Part shown: piece by piece, positions 12,001 to 24,001 of the stretch
Layout of the letters: each line of letters starts with the position of its first letter
How positions within the stretch are numbered: position 1 is the stretch's first letter
DNA from: Eledone cirrhosa
Lineage: Eukaryota
Direction of reading: 5' to 3'
DNA length: 64,000 nt
Assembly: GCA_964016885.1 (NCBI GenBank)
Contig: OZ024741.1
Location: 67,332,001 to 67,396,000, forward strand
Position numbers and translations under genes: made by a program
Notes under the pieces: generated by a model
Database searches by the model: none
What the model was told of the DNA's origin: nothing
What the model saw: the letters and a program-made list of their open reading frames with translations, nothing else

Positions 12001-15000
12001 TGGTGGTGGTTATGTTGGTGTTGGTTGTGGTAGTGGTGGTGGTTATGTTGGTGTTGGTTGTGGTAGTGGTGGTGGTTATGTTGGTGTTGGTTGTGGTAGT
12101 GGTGCTGGTTATGTTGGTGTTGGTTGTGGAAGTGGTGGTGGTTATGTTGGTGTGGATCGTGGTAGTGGTGGTGGTTATGTTGGTGTTGGTTGTGGTAGTG
12201 GTGCTGGTTATGTTGGTGTTTGTTGTGGTAGTGGTGCTGGTTATGTTGGTGTTGGTCGTAGTAGTGGTGCTGGTTATGTTGGTGTTGGTTGTGGTAGTGG
12301 TGGTGGTTATGTTGGTGTTGTTTGTGGTAGTGGTGGTGGTTACGTTGGTGTTGGTTGTGGTAGTGGTGCTGGTTATGTTGGTGTTGGTTGTGGTAGTGGT
12401 GGTGGTCATGTTGGTGTTGGTTGTGGTACTGGTGGTGGTCATGTTGGTGTTGGTTGTGGTAGTGGTAGTGGTTATGTTGGTATTTGTCGTGGTAGTGGTA
12501 GTGGTTATGTTGGTGTTGGTTGTGGTAGTGGTGGTGGTTATGTTGGTGTTGGTTGTGGTAGTGGTGGTGGTTATGTTGGTGTTGGTTGTGGTAGTGGTGG
12601 TGGTTATGTTGGTGTTGGTTGTGGTAGTGGTGGTGGTTATGTTGGTGTTGGTTGTGGTAGTGGTAGTGGTTATGTTGGTGTTGGTTGTGGAAGTGGTAGT
12701 GGTTATGTTGGTGTTGGTTGTGGTAGTGGTAGTGGTTATGTTGGTGTTCTTTGTGGTAGTGGTAGTGGTTATGTTGGTGCTGGTTGTGGTAGTGGTGGTG
12801 GATATGTTGGTGTGGGTCGGGGTTATGGTGGTGGTTATGTTGGTGTTGGTCGTGGTAGTGGTGGTGGTTCTGTTGGTGTTGGTTGTGGTAGTGGTAGTGG
12901 TTATGTTGGTATTTGTCGTGGTAGTGGTAGTGGTTATGTTGGTTGTGGTAGTGGTGGTGGTTATGTTGGTGTTGGTTGTGGTAGTGGTGGTGGTTATGTT
13001 GATGTTGGTTGTGGTAGTGGTGGTGGTTATGTTGGTGTTGGTTGTGGTAGTGGTGGTGGTTATGTTGGTGTCGGTTGTGGTGGTGGTAGTGGTTATGTTG
13101 GTGTTGGTTGTGGTAGTGGTAGTGGTTATGTTGGTGTTGGTTGTGGTAGTGGTAGTGGTTATGTTGGTGTTCGTTGTGGTAGTGGTAGTGGTTATGTTGG
13201 TGTTGGTTGTGGTAGTGGTGGTGGATATGTTGGTGTGGGTCGGGGTTATGGTGGTGGTTATGTTGGTGTTGGTTGTGGTAGTGGTGGTGGTTCTGTTGGT
13301 GTTGGTTGTGGTAGTGGTAGTGGTTATGTTGGTGTTGGTTGTGGTAGTGGTGGTGGTTATGTTGGTGTTGGTTGTGGTAGTGGTGCTGGTTATGTTGGTG
13401 TTGGTTGTGGTAGTGGTGGTGGTTCTGTTGATGTTGGTTGTGGTAGTGGTGGTGGTTATGTTGGTGTTGGTTGTGGTAGTGGTGGTGGTTATGTTGGTGT
13501 TGGTTGTGGTAGTGATTATGTCAGTATTGGTCGTGGTAGTGGTAGAGGTTATGTTGGTGTTGGTTGTGGTAGTGGTTTTGGTTATGTTGGTGTTGGTTGT
13601 GGTAGTGGTGGTGGTTATGTTGGTGTTGGTTGTGGTAGTGGTGGTGGTTATGTTGGTGTTGGTTGTGGTAGTGGTGCTGGTTATGTTGGTGTTGGTTGTG
13701 GTAGTGGTGGTGGTTATGTTGGTGTTGGTTGTGGTAGTGGTAGTGGTTATGTTGGTGTTGGTTGTGGTAGTGGTAGTGGTTATGTTGGTGTTGGTCGGGG
13801 TTATGGTGCTGGTTATGTTGGTGTTGGTTGTGGTAGTGGTGTTGGTTGTGTTAGTGTTGGTTGTGGTAGTGGTGCTGGTTATGTTGGTGTTGGTTGTGGT
13901 AGTGGTGGTGGTTATGTTGGTGTTGGTTGTGGTAGTGGTGGTGGTTATGTTGGTGTTGGTTGTGGTAGTGGTGGTGGTCATGTTGGTGTTGGTTGTGGTA
14001 GTGGTAGTGGTTATGTTGGTGTTGGTTGTGGTAGTGGTAGTGGTTATGTTGGTGTGGGTTGGGGTTATGGTGGTGGTTCTGTTGGTGTTGGTTGTGGTAG
14101 TGGTTTTGGTTATGTTGGTGTTGGTTGTGGTAGTGGTGGTGGTTATGTTGGTGTTGGTTGTGGTAGTGGTGGTGGTTATGTTGGTGTTGGTTGTGGTAGT
14201 GGTAGTGGTTATGTTGGTGTTGGTTGTGGTAGTGGTGCTTGTTATGTTGGTGTTGGTTGTGGTAGTGGTGCTGGTTATGTTGGTGTTGGTTGTGGTAGTG
14301 TTTGTGGTTATGTTGGTGTTGGTTGTGGTAGTGGTGGTGGTTATGTTGGTGTTGGTTGTGGTAGTGGTAGTGGTTATGTTGGTGTTGGTTGTGGTAGTGG
14401 TGGTGGTTATGTTGGTGTTGGTTGTGGTAGTGGTAGTGGTTATGTTGGTGTTGGTTGTGGTAGTGTTGCTGGTTATGTTGGTGTTGGTTGTGGTAGTGGT
14501 AGTGGTTATGTTGGTGTTGGTTGTGGTAGTGGTGGTGGTTATGTTGGTGTTGGTTGTGGTAGTGGTAGTGGTTATGTTGGTGTTGGTTGTGGTAGTGGTG
14601 GTGGTTATGTTGGTGTTGGTTGTGGTAGTGGTAGTGGTTATGTTGGTGTTGGTTGTGGTAGTGGTGGTGGTTATGTTGGTGTTGGTTGTGGTAGTGGTAG
14701 TGGTTATGTTGGTGTGGGTCGGGGTTATGGTGGTGGTTATGTTGGTGTTGGTTGTGGTAGTGGTGGTGGTTATGTTGGTGTTGGTTGTGGTAGTGGTGGT
14801 TGTTATGTTGGTGTTGGTTGTGGTAGTGGTTTTGGTTATGTTGGTGTTGGTTGTGGTAGTGGTGGTGGTTATGTTGGTGTTGGTTGTGGTAGTGGTGGTG
14901 GTTATATTGGTGTTGGTTGTGGTAGTGGTGCTGGTTATGTTGGTGTTGGTTGTGGTAGTGGTGCTGGTTATGTTGGTGTTGGTTGTGGTGGTGGTAGTGG

Positions 15001-18000
15001 TTATGTTGGTGTTGGTTGTGGTAGTGGTAGTGGTTATGTTGGTGTTGGTCGGGGTTATGGTGCTGGTTATGTTGGTGTTGGTTGTGGTAGTGGTGTTGGT
15101 TGTGTTAGTGTTGGTTGTGGTAGTGGTGCTGGTTATGTTGGTGTTGGTTGTGGTAGTGGTGGTGGTTATGTTGGTGTTGGTTGTGGTAGTGGTGGTGGTT
15201 ATGTTGGTGTTGGTTGTGGTAGTGGTGGTGGTTATGTTGGTGTTGATTGTGGTAGTGGTGGTGGTTATGTTGGTGTTGGTTGTGGTAGTGGTAGTGGTTA
15301 TGTTTGTGTTGGTTGTGGTAGTGGTAGTGGTTATGTTGGTGTTGGTTGTGGTAATGGTGCTGGTTATGTTGGTGTTGGTTGTGGTAGTGGTGTTGGTTGT
15401 GTTAGTGTTGGTTGTGGTAGTGGTGCTGGTTTTGTTGGTGTTGGTTGTGGTAGTGGTGGTGGTTATGTTGGTATTGGTTGTGGTAGTGGTGGTGGTTATG
15501 TTGGTGTTGGTTGTGGTAGTAGTGGTGGTCATGTTGGTGTTGGTTGTGGTAGTAGTAGTGGTTATGTTGGTGTTGGTTGTGGTAGTGGTAGTGGTTATGT
15601 TGGTGTGGGTTGGGGTTATGGTGGTGGTTCTGTTGGTGTTGGTTGTGGTAGTGGTGGTGGTTATGTTGGTGTTGGTTGTGGTAGTGGTGGTGGTTATGTT
15701 AGTGTTGGTTGTGGTAGTGGTGGTGATTATGTTGGTGTTGGTTGTGGTAGTGGTGCTGGTTATGTTGGTGTTGGTTGTGGTAGTGGTGGTGGTTATGTTA
15801 GTGTTGGTTGTGGTAGTGGTGGTGGTTATGTTGGTGTTGGTTGTGGTAGTGGTGGTGGTTATGTTGGTGTTGGTTGTGGTAGTGGTGCTGGTTATGTTGA
15901 TGTTGGTTGTTGTAGTGGTGCTGGTTATGTTGGTGTTGGTTGTGGTAGTGGTGCTGGTTATGTTGGTGTTGGTTGTGGTAGTGGTGCTGGTTATGTTGGT
16001 GTGGGTCGGGGTTATGGTGGTGGTTATGTTGGTGTTGGTTGTGGTAGTGGTGGTGGTTCTGTTGGTGTTGGTTGTGGTAGTGGTAGTGGTTATGTTGGTG
16101 TTGGTTGTGGTACTGGTTGTGGTTATGTTGGTGTTGGTTGTGGTAGTGGTGCTGGTTATGTTGGTGTTGGTTGTGGTAGAGGTGGTGGTTCTGTTGGTGT
16201 TGGTTGTGGTAGTGGTGGTGGTTATGTTGGTGTTAATTGTGGTAGTGGTGGTGGTTATGTTGGTGTTGGTTGTGGTAGTGGTTATGTTAGTATTGGTCGT
16301 GGTAGTGGTAGAGGTTATGTTGGTGTTGGTTGTGGTAGTGGTGGTGGTTATGTTGGTGTTGGTTGTGGTAGTGGTGGTGGTTATGTTAGTGTTGGTTGTG
16401 GTAGTGGTGGTGATTATGTTGGTGTTGGTTGTGGTAGTGGTGCTGGTTATGTTGGTGTTGGTTGTGGTAGTGGTGGTGGTTATGTTAGTGTTGGTTGTGG
16501 TAGTGGTGCTGGTTATGTTGGTGTTGGTTGTGGTAGTGGTGGTGGTTATGTTGGTGTTGGTTGTGGTAGTGGTGCTGGTTATGTTGGTGTTGGTTGTTGT
16601 AGTGGTGCTGGTTATGTTGGTGTTGGTTGTGGTAGTGGTGCTGGTTATGTTGGTGTTGGTTGTGGTAGTGGTGCTGGTTATGTTGGTGTTGGTTGTGGTA
16701 GTGGTGCTGGTTATGTTGGTGTTGGTTGTGGTAGTGGTGGTGGTTATGTTGGTGTTGGTTGTGTTAGTGGTGGTGGTTATGTTGGTGTTGGTTGTGGTAG
16801 TGGTGCTGGTTATGTTGGTGTTGGTTGTGGTAGTGGTGCTGGTTATGTTGGTGTTGGTCGTAGTAGTGGTGCTGGTTATGTTGGTGTTGGTTGTGGTAGT
16901 GGTGGTGGTTATGTTGGTGTTGTTTGTGGTAGTGGTGGTGGTTACGTTGGTGTTGGTTGTGGTAGTGGTGCTGGTTATGTTGGTGTTGGTTGTGGTAGTG
17001 GTGGTGGTCATGTTGGTGTTGGTTGTGGTACTGGTGGTGCTCATGTTGGTGTTGGTTGTGGTAGTGGTAGTGGTTATGTTGGTATTTGTCGTGGTAGTGG
17101 TAGTGGTTATGTTGGTGTTGGTTGTGGTAGTGGTGGTGGTTATGTTGGTGTTGGTTGTGGTAGTGGTGCTGGTTATGTTGGTGTTGGTTGTGGTAGTGGT
17201 GGTGGTTATGTTGGTGTTGGTTGTGGTAGTGGTGCTGGTTATGTTGGTGTTGGTTGTGGAAGTGGTGGTGGTTATGTTGGTGTTCGTTGTGGTAGTGGTG
17301 CTGGTTATGTTGGTGTTGGTTGTGGTAGTGGTGGTGGTTATGTTGGTGTTGGATGTGGTAGTGGTAGTGGTTATGTTGGTGTTGGTTGTGGTAGTGGTAG
17401 TGGTTATGTTGGTGTTGGTTGTGGTAGTGGTAGTGGTTATGTTGGTGTTCGTTGTGGTAGTGGTAGTGGTTATGTTGGTGTTGGTTGTGGTAGTGGTAGT
17501 GGTTATGTTGGTGTGGGTCGGGGTTATGGTGGTGGTTATGTTGGTGTTGGTTGTGGTAGTGGTGGTGGTTCTGTTGGTGTTGGTTGTGGTAGTGGTAGTG
17601 GTTATGTTGATGTTGGTTGTGGTACTGGTTGTGGTTATGTTGGTGTTGGTTGTGGTAGTGGTGCTGGTTATGTTGGTGTTGGTAGTGGTAGTGGTGGTGG
17701 TTCTGTTGGTGTTGGTTGTGGTAGTGGTGGTGGTTATGTTGGTGTTGGTTGTGGTAGTGGTGGTGGTTATGTTGGTGTTGGTTGTGGTAGAGGTTATGTT
17801 AGTATTGGTCGTGGTAGTGGTAGAGGTTATGTTGGTGTTGGTTGTGGTAGTGGTTTTGGTTATGTTGGTGTAGGTTGTGGTAGTGGTGGTGGTTATGTTG
17901 GTGTTGGTTGTGGTAGTGGTGGTGGTTATATTGGTGTTGGTTGTGGTAGTGGTGCTGGTTATGTTGGTGTTGGTTGTGGTAGTGGTGCTGGTTATGTTGG

Positions 18001-21000
18001 TGTTGGTTGTGGTAGTGGTAGTGGTTATGTTGGTGTTGGTTGTGGTAGTGGTAGTGGTTATGTTGGTGTTGGTCGGGGTTATGGTGCTGGTTATGTTGGT
18101 GTTGGTTGTGGTAGTGGTGTTGGTTGTGTTAGTGTTGGTTGTGGTAGTGGTGCTGGTTATGTTGGTGTTGGTTGTGGTAGTGGTGGTGGTTATGTTGGTG
18201 TTGGTTGTGGTAGTGGTGGTGGTTATGTTGGTGTTGGTTGTGGTAGTGGTGGTGGTTATGTTGGTGTTGGAATGTGGTAGTGGTGGTGGTTATGTTGGTG
18301 TTGGTTGTGGTAGTGGTAGTGGTTATGTTGGTGTTGGTTGTGGTAGTGGTAGTGGTTATGTTGGTGTTGGTTGTGGTAGTGGTTTTGGTTATGTTGGTGT
18401 TGGTTGTGGTAGTGTTTGTGGTTATGTTGGTGTTGGTTGTGGTAGTGGTGGTGGTTATGTTGGTGTTGGTTGTGGTAGTGGTAGTGGTTATGTTGGTGTT
18501 GGTTGTGGTAGTGGTGGTGGTTATGTTGGTGTTGGTTGTGGTAGTGGTAGTGGTTATGTTGGTGTTGGTTGTGGTAGTGGTAGTGGTTATGTTGGTGTGG
18601 GTTGGGGTTATGGTGGTGGTTCTGTTGGTGTTGGTTGTGGTAGTGGTTTTGGTTATGTTGGTGTTGGTTGTGGTAGTGTTTGTGGTTATGTTGGTGTTGG
18701 TTGTGGTAGTGGTGGTGGTTATGTTGGTGTTGGTTGTGGTAGTGGTAGTGGTTATGTTGGTGTTGGTTGTGGTAGTGGTGGTGGTTATGTTGGTGTTGGT
18801 TGTGGTAGTGGTAGTGGTTATGTTGGTGTTGGTTGTGGTAGTGTTGCTGATTATGTTGGTGTTGGTTGTGGTAGTGGTAGTGGTTATGTTGGTGTTGGTT
18901 GTGGTAGTGGTGGTGGTTATGTTGGTGTTGGTTGTGGTAGTGGTAGTGGTTATGTTGGTGTTGGTTGTGGTAGTGGTGGTGGTTATGTTGGTGTTGGTTG
19001 TGGTAGTGGTAGTGGTTATGTTGGTGTTGGTTGTGGTAGTGGTAGTGGTTATGTTGGTGTGGGTCGGGGTTATGGTGGTGGTTATGTTGGTGTTGGTTGT
19101 GGTAGTGGTGGTGGTTCTGTTGGTGTTGGTTGTGGTAGTGGTAGTGGTTATGTTGGTGTTGGTTGTGGTACTGGTTGTGGTTATGTTGGTGTTGGTTGTG
19201 GTAGTGGTGCTGGTTATGTTGGTGTTGGTTGTGGTAGAGGTGGTGGTTCTGTTGGTGTTGGTTGTGGTAGTGGTGGTGGTTATGTTGGTGTTAATTGTGG
19301 TAGTGGTGGTGGTTATGTTGGTGTTGGTTGTGGTAGTGGTTATGTTAGTATTGGTCGTGGTAGTGGTAGAGGTTATGTTGGTGTTGGTTGTGGTAGTGGT
19401 TTTGGTTATGTTGGTGTTGGTTGTGGTAGTGGTGGTGGTTATGTTGGTGTTGGTTGTGGTAGTGGTGGTGGTTATATTGGTGTTGGTTGTGGTAGTGGTG
19501 CTGGTTATGTTGGTGTTGTTTGTGGTAGTGGTGCTGGTTATGTTGGTGTTGGTTGTGGTAGTGGTAGTGGTTATGTTGGTGTTGGTTGTGGTAGTGGTAG
19601 TGGTTATGTTGGTGTTGGTCGGGGTTATGGTGCTGGTTATGTTGGTGTTGGTTGTGGTAGTGGTGTTGGTTGTGTTAGTGTTGGTTGTGGTAGTGGTGCT
19701 GGTTATGTTGGTGTTGGTTGTGGTAGTGGTGGTGGTTATGTTGGTGTTGTTTGTGGTAGTGGTGCTGGTTATGTTGGTGTTGGTTGTTGTAGTGGTGCTG
19801 GTTATGTTGTTGTTGGTTGTGGTAGTGGTGGTGGTTATGTTGGTGTTGGTTGTGGTAGTGGTAGTGGTTATGATGGTGTCGGTTGTGGTAGTGGTAGTGG
19901 TTATGTTGGTGTGGGTCGGGGTTATGGTGGTGGTTATGTTGGTGTTGGTTGTGGTAGTGGTTTTGGTTATGTTGGTTTTGGTTGTGGTAGTGGTGGTGGT
20001 TATGTTTGTGTTGGTTGTGGTAGTGTTTGTGGTTATGTTGGTGTTGGTTGTGGTAGTGGTGGTGGTTATGTTGGTGTTGGTTGTGGTAGTGGTGCTGGTT
20101 ATGTTGGTGTTGGTTGTGGTAGTGGTGGTGGTTATGTTGGTGTTGGTTGTGGTAGTGGTAGTGGTTATGTTGGTGTTGGTTGTGGTAGTGGTGGTGGTTA
20201 TGTTGGTGTTGGTTGTGGTAGTGGTAGTGGTTATGTTGGTGTTGGTTGTGGTAGTGGTGGTGGTTATGTTGGTGTTGGTTGTGGTAGTGGTAGTGGTTAT
20301 GTTGGTGTTGGTTGTGGTAGTGGTGGTGGTTATGTTGGTGTTGGTGTGGTAGTGGTAGTGGTTATGTTGGTGTTGGTTGTGGTAGTGGTAGTGGTTATGT
20401 TGGTGTGGGTCGGGGTTATGGTGGTGGTTATGTTGGTGTTGGTTGTGGTAGTGGTAGTGGTTATGTTGGTGTTGGTTTTGGTTGTGGTGGTGTTTATGTT
20501 GATGTTGGTCATGGTAGTGGTGCTGGTTATGTTGGTGTTGGTTGTGGTAGTGGTGGTGGTTATGTTGGTGTTGGTTGTGGTAGTGGTGGTGGTTATGTTG
20601 GTGTTGGTCGTGGTAGTGGTGGTGGTTTTGTTGGTGTTGGTCATGGTAGTGGAGCTGGTTATGTTGGTGGTGGTTATAGCAGTGGTGGTGGTTATGTTGG
20701 TGTTTGTTGTGGTAGTGGTGGTGGTCATGTTGGTGTTGTAGTGGTGGTGGTTATGTTGGTGTTGGTCGTGGTATTAGTAGTGGTTATGTTGGTGTTGGTT
20801 GTGTTAGTGGTGGTGGTTATGTTGGTGTTGGTTGTGGTAGTGGTTTTGGTTATGTTGGTGTTGGTTGTGGTAGTGGTGGTGGTTATGTTGGTGTTGGTCG
20901 TGGTAGTGGTGCTAGTTATGTTGGTTGTGGTAGTGGTGGTGATTATCTTGGTGTGGGTCGAGGTAGTGGTGGTGGTTATGTTGGTGTGGGTTGTAGTAAT

Positions 21001-21422
21001 AGTAGTGGTTATGTTGGTGTTGGTTGTGGTAGTGGTGGTGGTTATGTTGGTGTTGGTTGTGGTAGTGGTGGTGATTATGTTGGTGTTGGTTGTGGTAGTG
21101 GTGGTGGCTATGTTTGTGTTGGTTGTTGTAGTGGTGCTGGTTATGTTGGTGCTGGTTGTGGTATCGGTGATGGTTATGTTGGTGTTAATTGTGGTGGTGG
21201 TGGTGATTATGTTGGTGTTGGTTGTGGTAGTGGTGGTGGTTATGTTGGTGTTGGTTGTGGTAATGGTGCTGGTTATGTTGGTGTTGGTTGTGGTAGTGGT
21301 GTTGGTTGTGTTAGTGGTGTTGGTTGTGGTAGTGGTGGTGGTTATTTTTGTGGTGGTTGTGGTAGTTGTGGAGGTTATGTTGGTGTTGGTTGTGGTAGTG
21401 GTGCTGGTTATGTTGTTGTTGG
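1..21422. repeat. 33-bp minisatellite array, consensus TAYGTTGGTGTKGGTTGTGGTAGTGGTGGTGGT, about 650 units, runs off the window start
   Basis: The unit is directly readable throughout. The + strand is almost free of C and A. Marker variants recur in kb-scale blocks (AGTAATAGTAGT; GGTAAC at ~601, ~4255, ~7456). Units are more degenerate beyond ~20.3 kb. Confidence 0.98.
116..18280 (+). other. Repeat-derived open frame (YVGVGCGSGGG)n; coding status unproven
   Basis: 6054-codon ORF in the ORF track. Nearly all codons are NNT, so openness is largely expected from composition. No non-repetitive N-terminus is visible. Confidence 0.15.
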
Positions 21423-21423
21423 T

Positions 21424-21703
21424 AAAAAGGTAAAAAGCATTTGGAACTGCCATGAAGTCCGAGTCGTCCCGATTGTCATAGGCTCACTAGGTACTATCTC
21501 AAAGAGTTTCCAAGGATGGTTAAAGAAATTTAATCCAGCCACGCTTTTTGGAACACTTCAAAAGGCATGCTTGCTGGGAACAGCAAGAACCCCCCGATAC
21601 GTCCTGAATATCTGAGGCTGCAAGTAGCGACTTGATATTCATTTCAACAAACTTTCCAGTTAAATAACATCAATGACTGAGACTCAGAAATAATAATAAT
21701 AAT
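21424..21703 (+). mobile_element. 5'-truncated R4/Dong-like RLE retrotransposon (C-terminus, 3' UTR, (AAT)n tail)
   Basis: KVKSIWNCHEVRVVPIVIGSLG...LQKACLLGTARTPRYVLNI* and the following UTR align with 29566-29853. Confidence 0.92.
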
Positions 21704-21961
21704 GATTTCATTTATTATCCCCACGACAAATATAAGGGACAATACAAAAGACTGGAACAGTGGGGTTTTACAGAGAAATTGAGTAAACAATATGAATAAC
21801 AATAATACAGTAACAATAAAATAACAATAACATTACAACAAAAAAATTCCCCAATAGGGGGGATGACCACCCAGGGTTCGCTCAGGTACCCCACCAATCC
21901 TGAACGACCCGACGCTTCTAGAGAACCCTGGAAGGGCACCCCTCTCCTCCTCAAATTTACC

Positions 21962-23710
21962 TACCTACAGCCGCATGACCAGAGTAGGCCCACTCACACG
22001 GGCAATTCTCTCCACATTCACCCACCTTTCAGCAAATATACTGGGAGGAAGCACTTCTCTCTCCACCCTCACCTTCCTTTCCAAGTGAAACTTGAAAAAG
22101 TTGATGAGGGATTGGCCGAAGAGAAAAGTGTCGTTCTTCAGTCCTTTCAACATCGTCCACCATACAACCTCTTATGCTACTGCCACCAGACAGAGGAAAA
22201 TTGCCTGTCCTTCTTGGCCAAAAGAAGGCGGCTGGTCGATCTTCACTATGGACTCGGCCGATAACCGGATCCGTTCTACACGCGACAACAGCTGTTCAAC
22301 ATAACTCCACAAGTCAGTAATGCACGGACACTGGACGAGTGCGTGCAGAACGGTTTCGTCGCTCTGCGCGCATTTCGGGCAGGTCTGTCTGACAACACTT
22401 CCATGCCTGTAGAGTTTATCTCGAACCGGCAGTGCCCCCCGGTAACACTGCCAAGCGAGGGATTTTTGGAAATGATCCATCGTCCCCGGCTCGAAAGTCC
22501 TCCGGTACAGACTGGTTAGTTCGACTTCGTTGATTCCCAGAGCCTCTCCGAATGCGTCGTCGCACTTGCCCACCACTAATTCTCTATAGAACTCGAGAGT
22601 GCAAGTTCCACTGAGCGCATTGCCCGCCTGGTAGAGGGCAGTGAGTGCCTGGCAACATTCCAGATGCCAGTCACCCAGTTTCGGTCTCTTCTTGACTCAG
22701 GACTGCAGCTCAGTCAAAGAAACGAGCTGCGGAAAGGGCCGTCTGACTAACTGCGACCACACCTGTTCACCGTTTAGGCAGAATATCTGGAGATGCCGCC
22801 GCCTCAGCGCGTGCCTGAGCATCATTAGCCACGGCATGCCCAGCCCCCCACGTAGAAGGTGCTGGCAGCAGATGGACGGCCTCACCAGCGGAACTTGATC
22901 CCTCCACAAGAATTTGAAGAGGAGCCGCTCCAAGATGGCGAGGCGCGAAGGGGGGCAAGTGACGACGGTCAGACGGTAGTAGATGACGGACGCGATGTAC
23001 GCGTTCGCCACCTCCGCCCGGCCTTTCAGTGATAGCTTCATCCCAGCCCATTTCTGGGTGAGACTGGCTACCCTGCCCGTCACCTCGTCCCGATTCTTAT
23101 CCACCTGGAGGTCTGGCCCGAACCAAACCCCTTGCAACTTTACCGGTCCGTCCGTCTAGCGCCTAACAACGCTGTTGGACGGCATGGACTTGCGTCTCCA
23201 GGTGCCGAGTTGCAAGCCCACCGACTTTTCCGGGATAAGTTTTGCTCCCGTCAACCTTTCATATTCCTCCAATAAGTTGCCAACTACAATCACGGTGATG
23301 TCGCCCGCATAAGCCGACACAGCCTTTCCGCGTCCCGGTTTGAGCGGGATGCCCTGCAACAGCTCCAGCTTCCGCAGTAAAGGTTCGAGAGTCAATACGT
23401 ACAGAAGGGAGGAGAAAGGGCACCCTTGACGGACCTATCGGGAGATCTGAAACGGCTCCGAGAGGTGGCCATAAATTTTAACCATCGAGCAGGCGCCACT
23501 GTGCATTGCAGTGATCCAGCTTCTGAAGACGGGGCCGAAGCCAGCCGCCTTGAGGACAGCCTCCAGGTACCGATGGTCGACCCTATCGAATGCTTTCGAT
23601 TGATCTAAATTGATCAGAGCCCCACCGAAGCCAGGTTTACACCCTACCCTCTCTATGATGTATCGCATTAGGTGGAGGTTGTCGTGTATGGACCTGGTTG
23701 GGATTGCGAC
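21962..23710 (-). pseudogene. Disrupted ORF2 (RT C-terminal part plus zf-RVT-like CCHC) of Tx1-like element 1
   Basis: Frameshifted fragments 23435..23668, 23156..23395, 22697..23137, 22172..22576 and 21965..22153. YADD has become YAGD. The endonuclease and RT N-terminus are missing. Confidence 0.88.
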
Positions 23711-24001
23711 ATTCGCACCAGAACCAAATCTTCCGGCACGCGAAATGTGCTCGATTAAAAAAATTCCCCCTCTTTTTGTATATTTTCACTTCGTTCTACG
23801 AGGGCCATCAGTTCCATGTTGGCCGTCCTGACGAGCACGAAGTTTTGTATGTTTTGTTGGTGTGATTTTATTTGTTTTTGTGGCTGTGGTGGTGATGGTT
23901 TTGGTGGTGTTGTTTCGGTTGTTTCGGTTGTGTCTGTGTTTGTTGTGAGTGCGGTGTCTGTGTTTTCAGATGTTTGTGTGTATATTTGTTCTAGCGTCTG
24001 T

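Noticed and set aside
9-17873. 5954-aa Val/Leu-rich ORF
   Set aside because: Shifted reading of the GT-rich satellite; implausible all-hydrophobic protein.
1-21422. Telomere or CRISPR interpretation of the array
   Set aside because: No TTAGGG units, the G-rich strand points away from the window start, and there are no unique spacers or cas genes.
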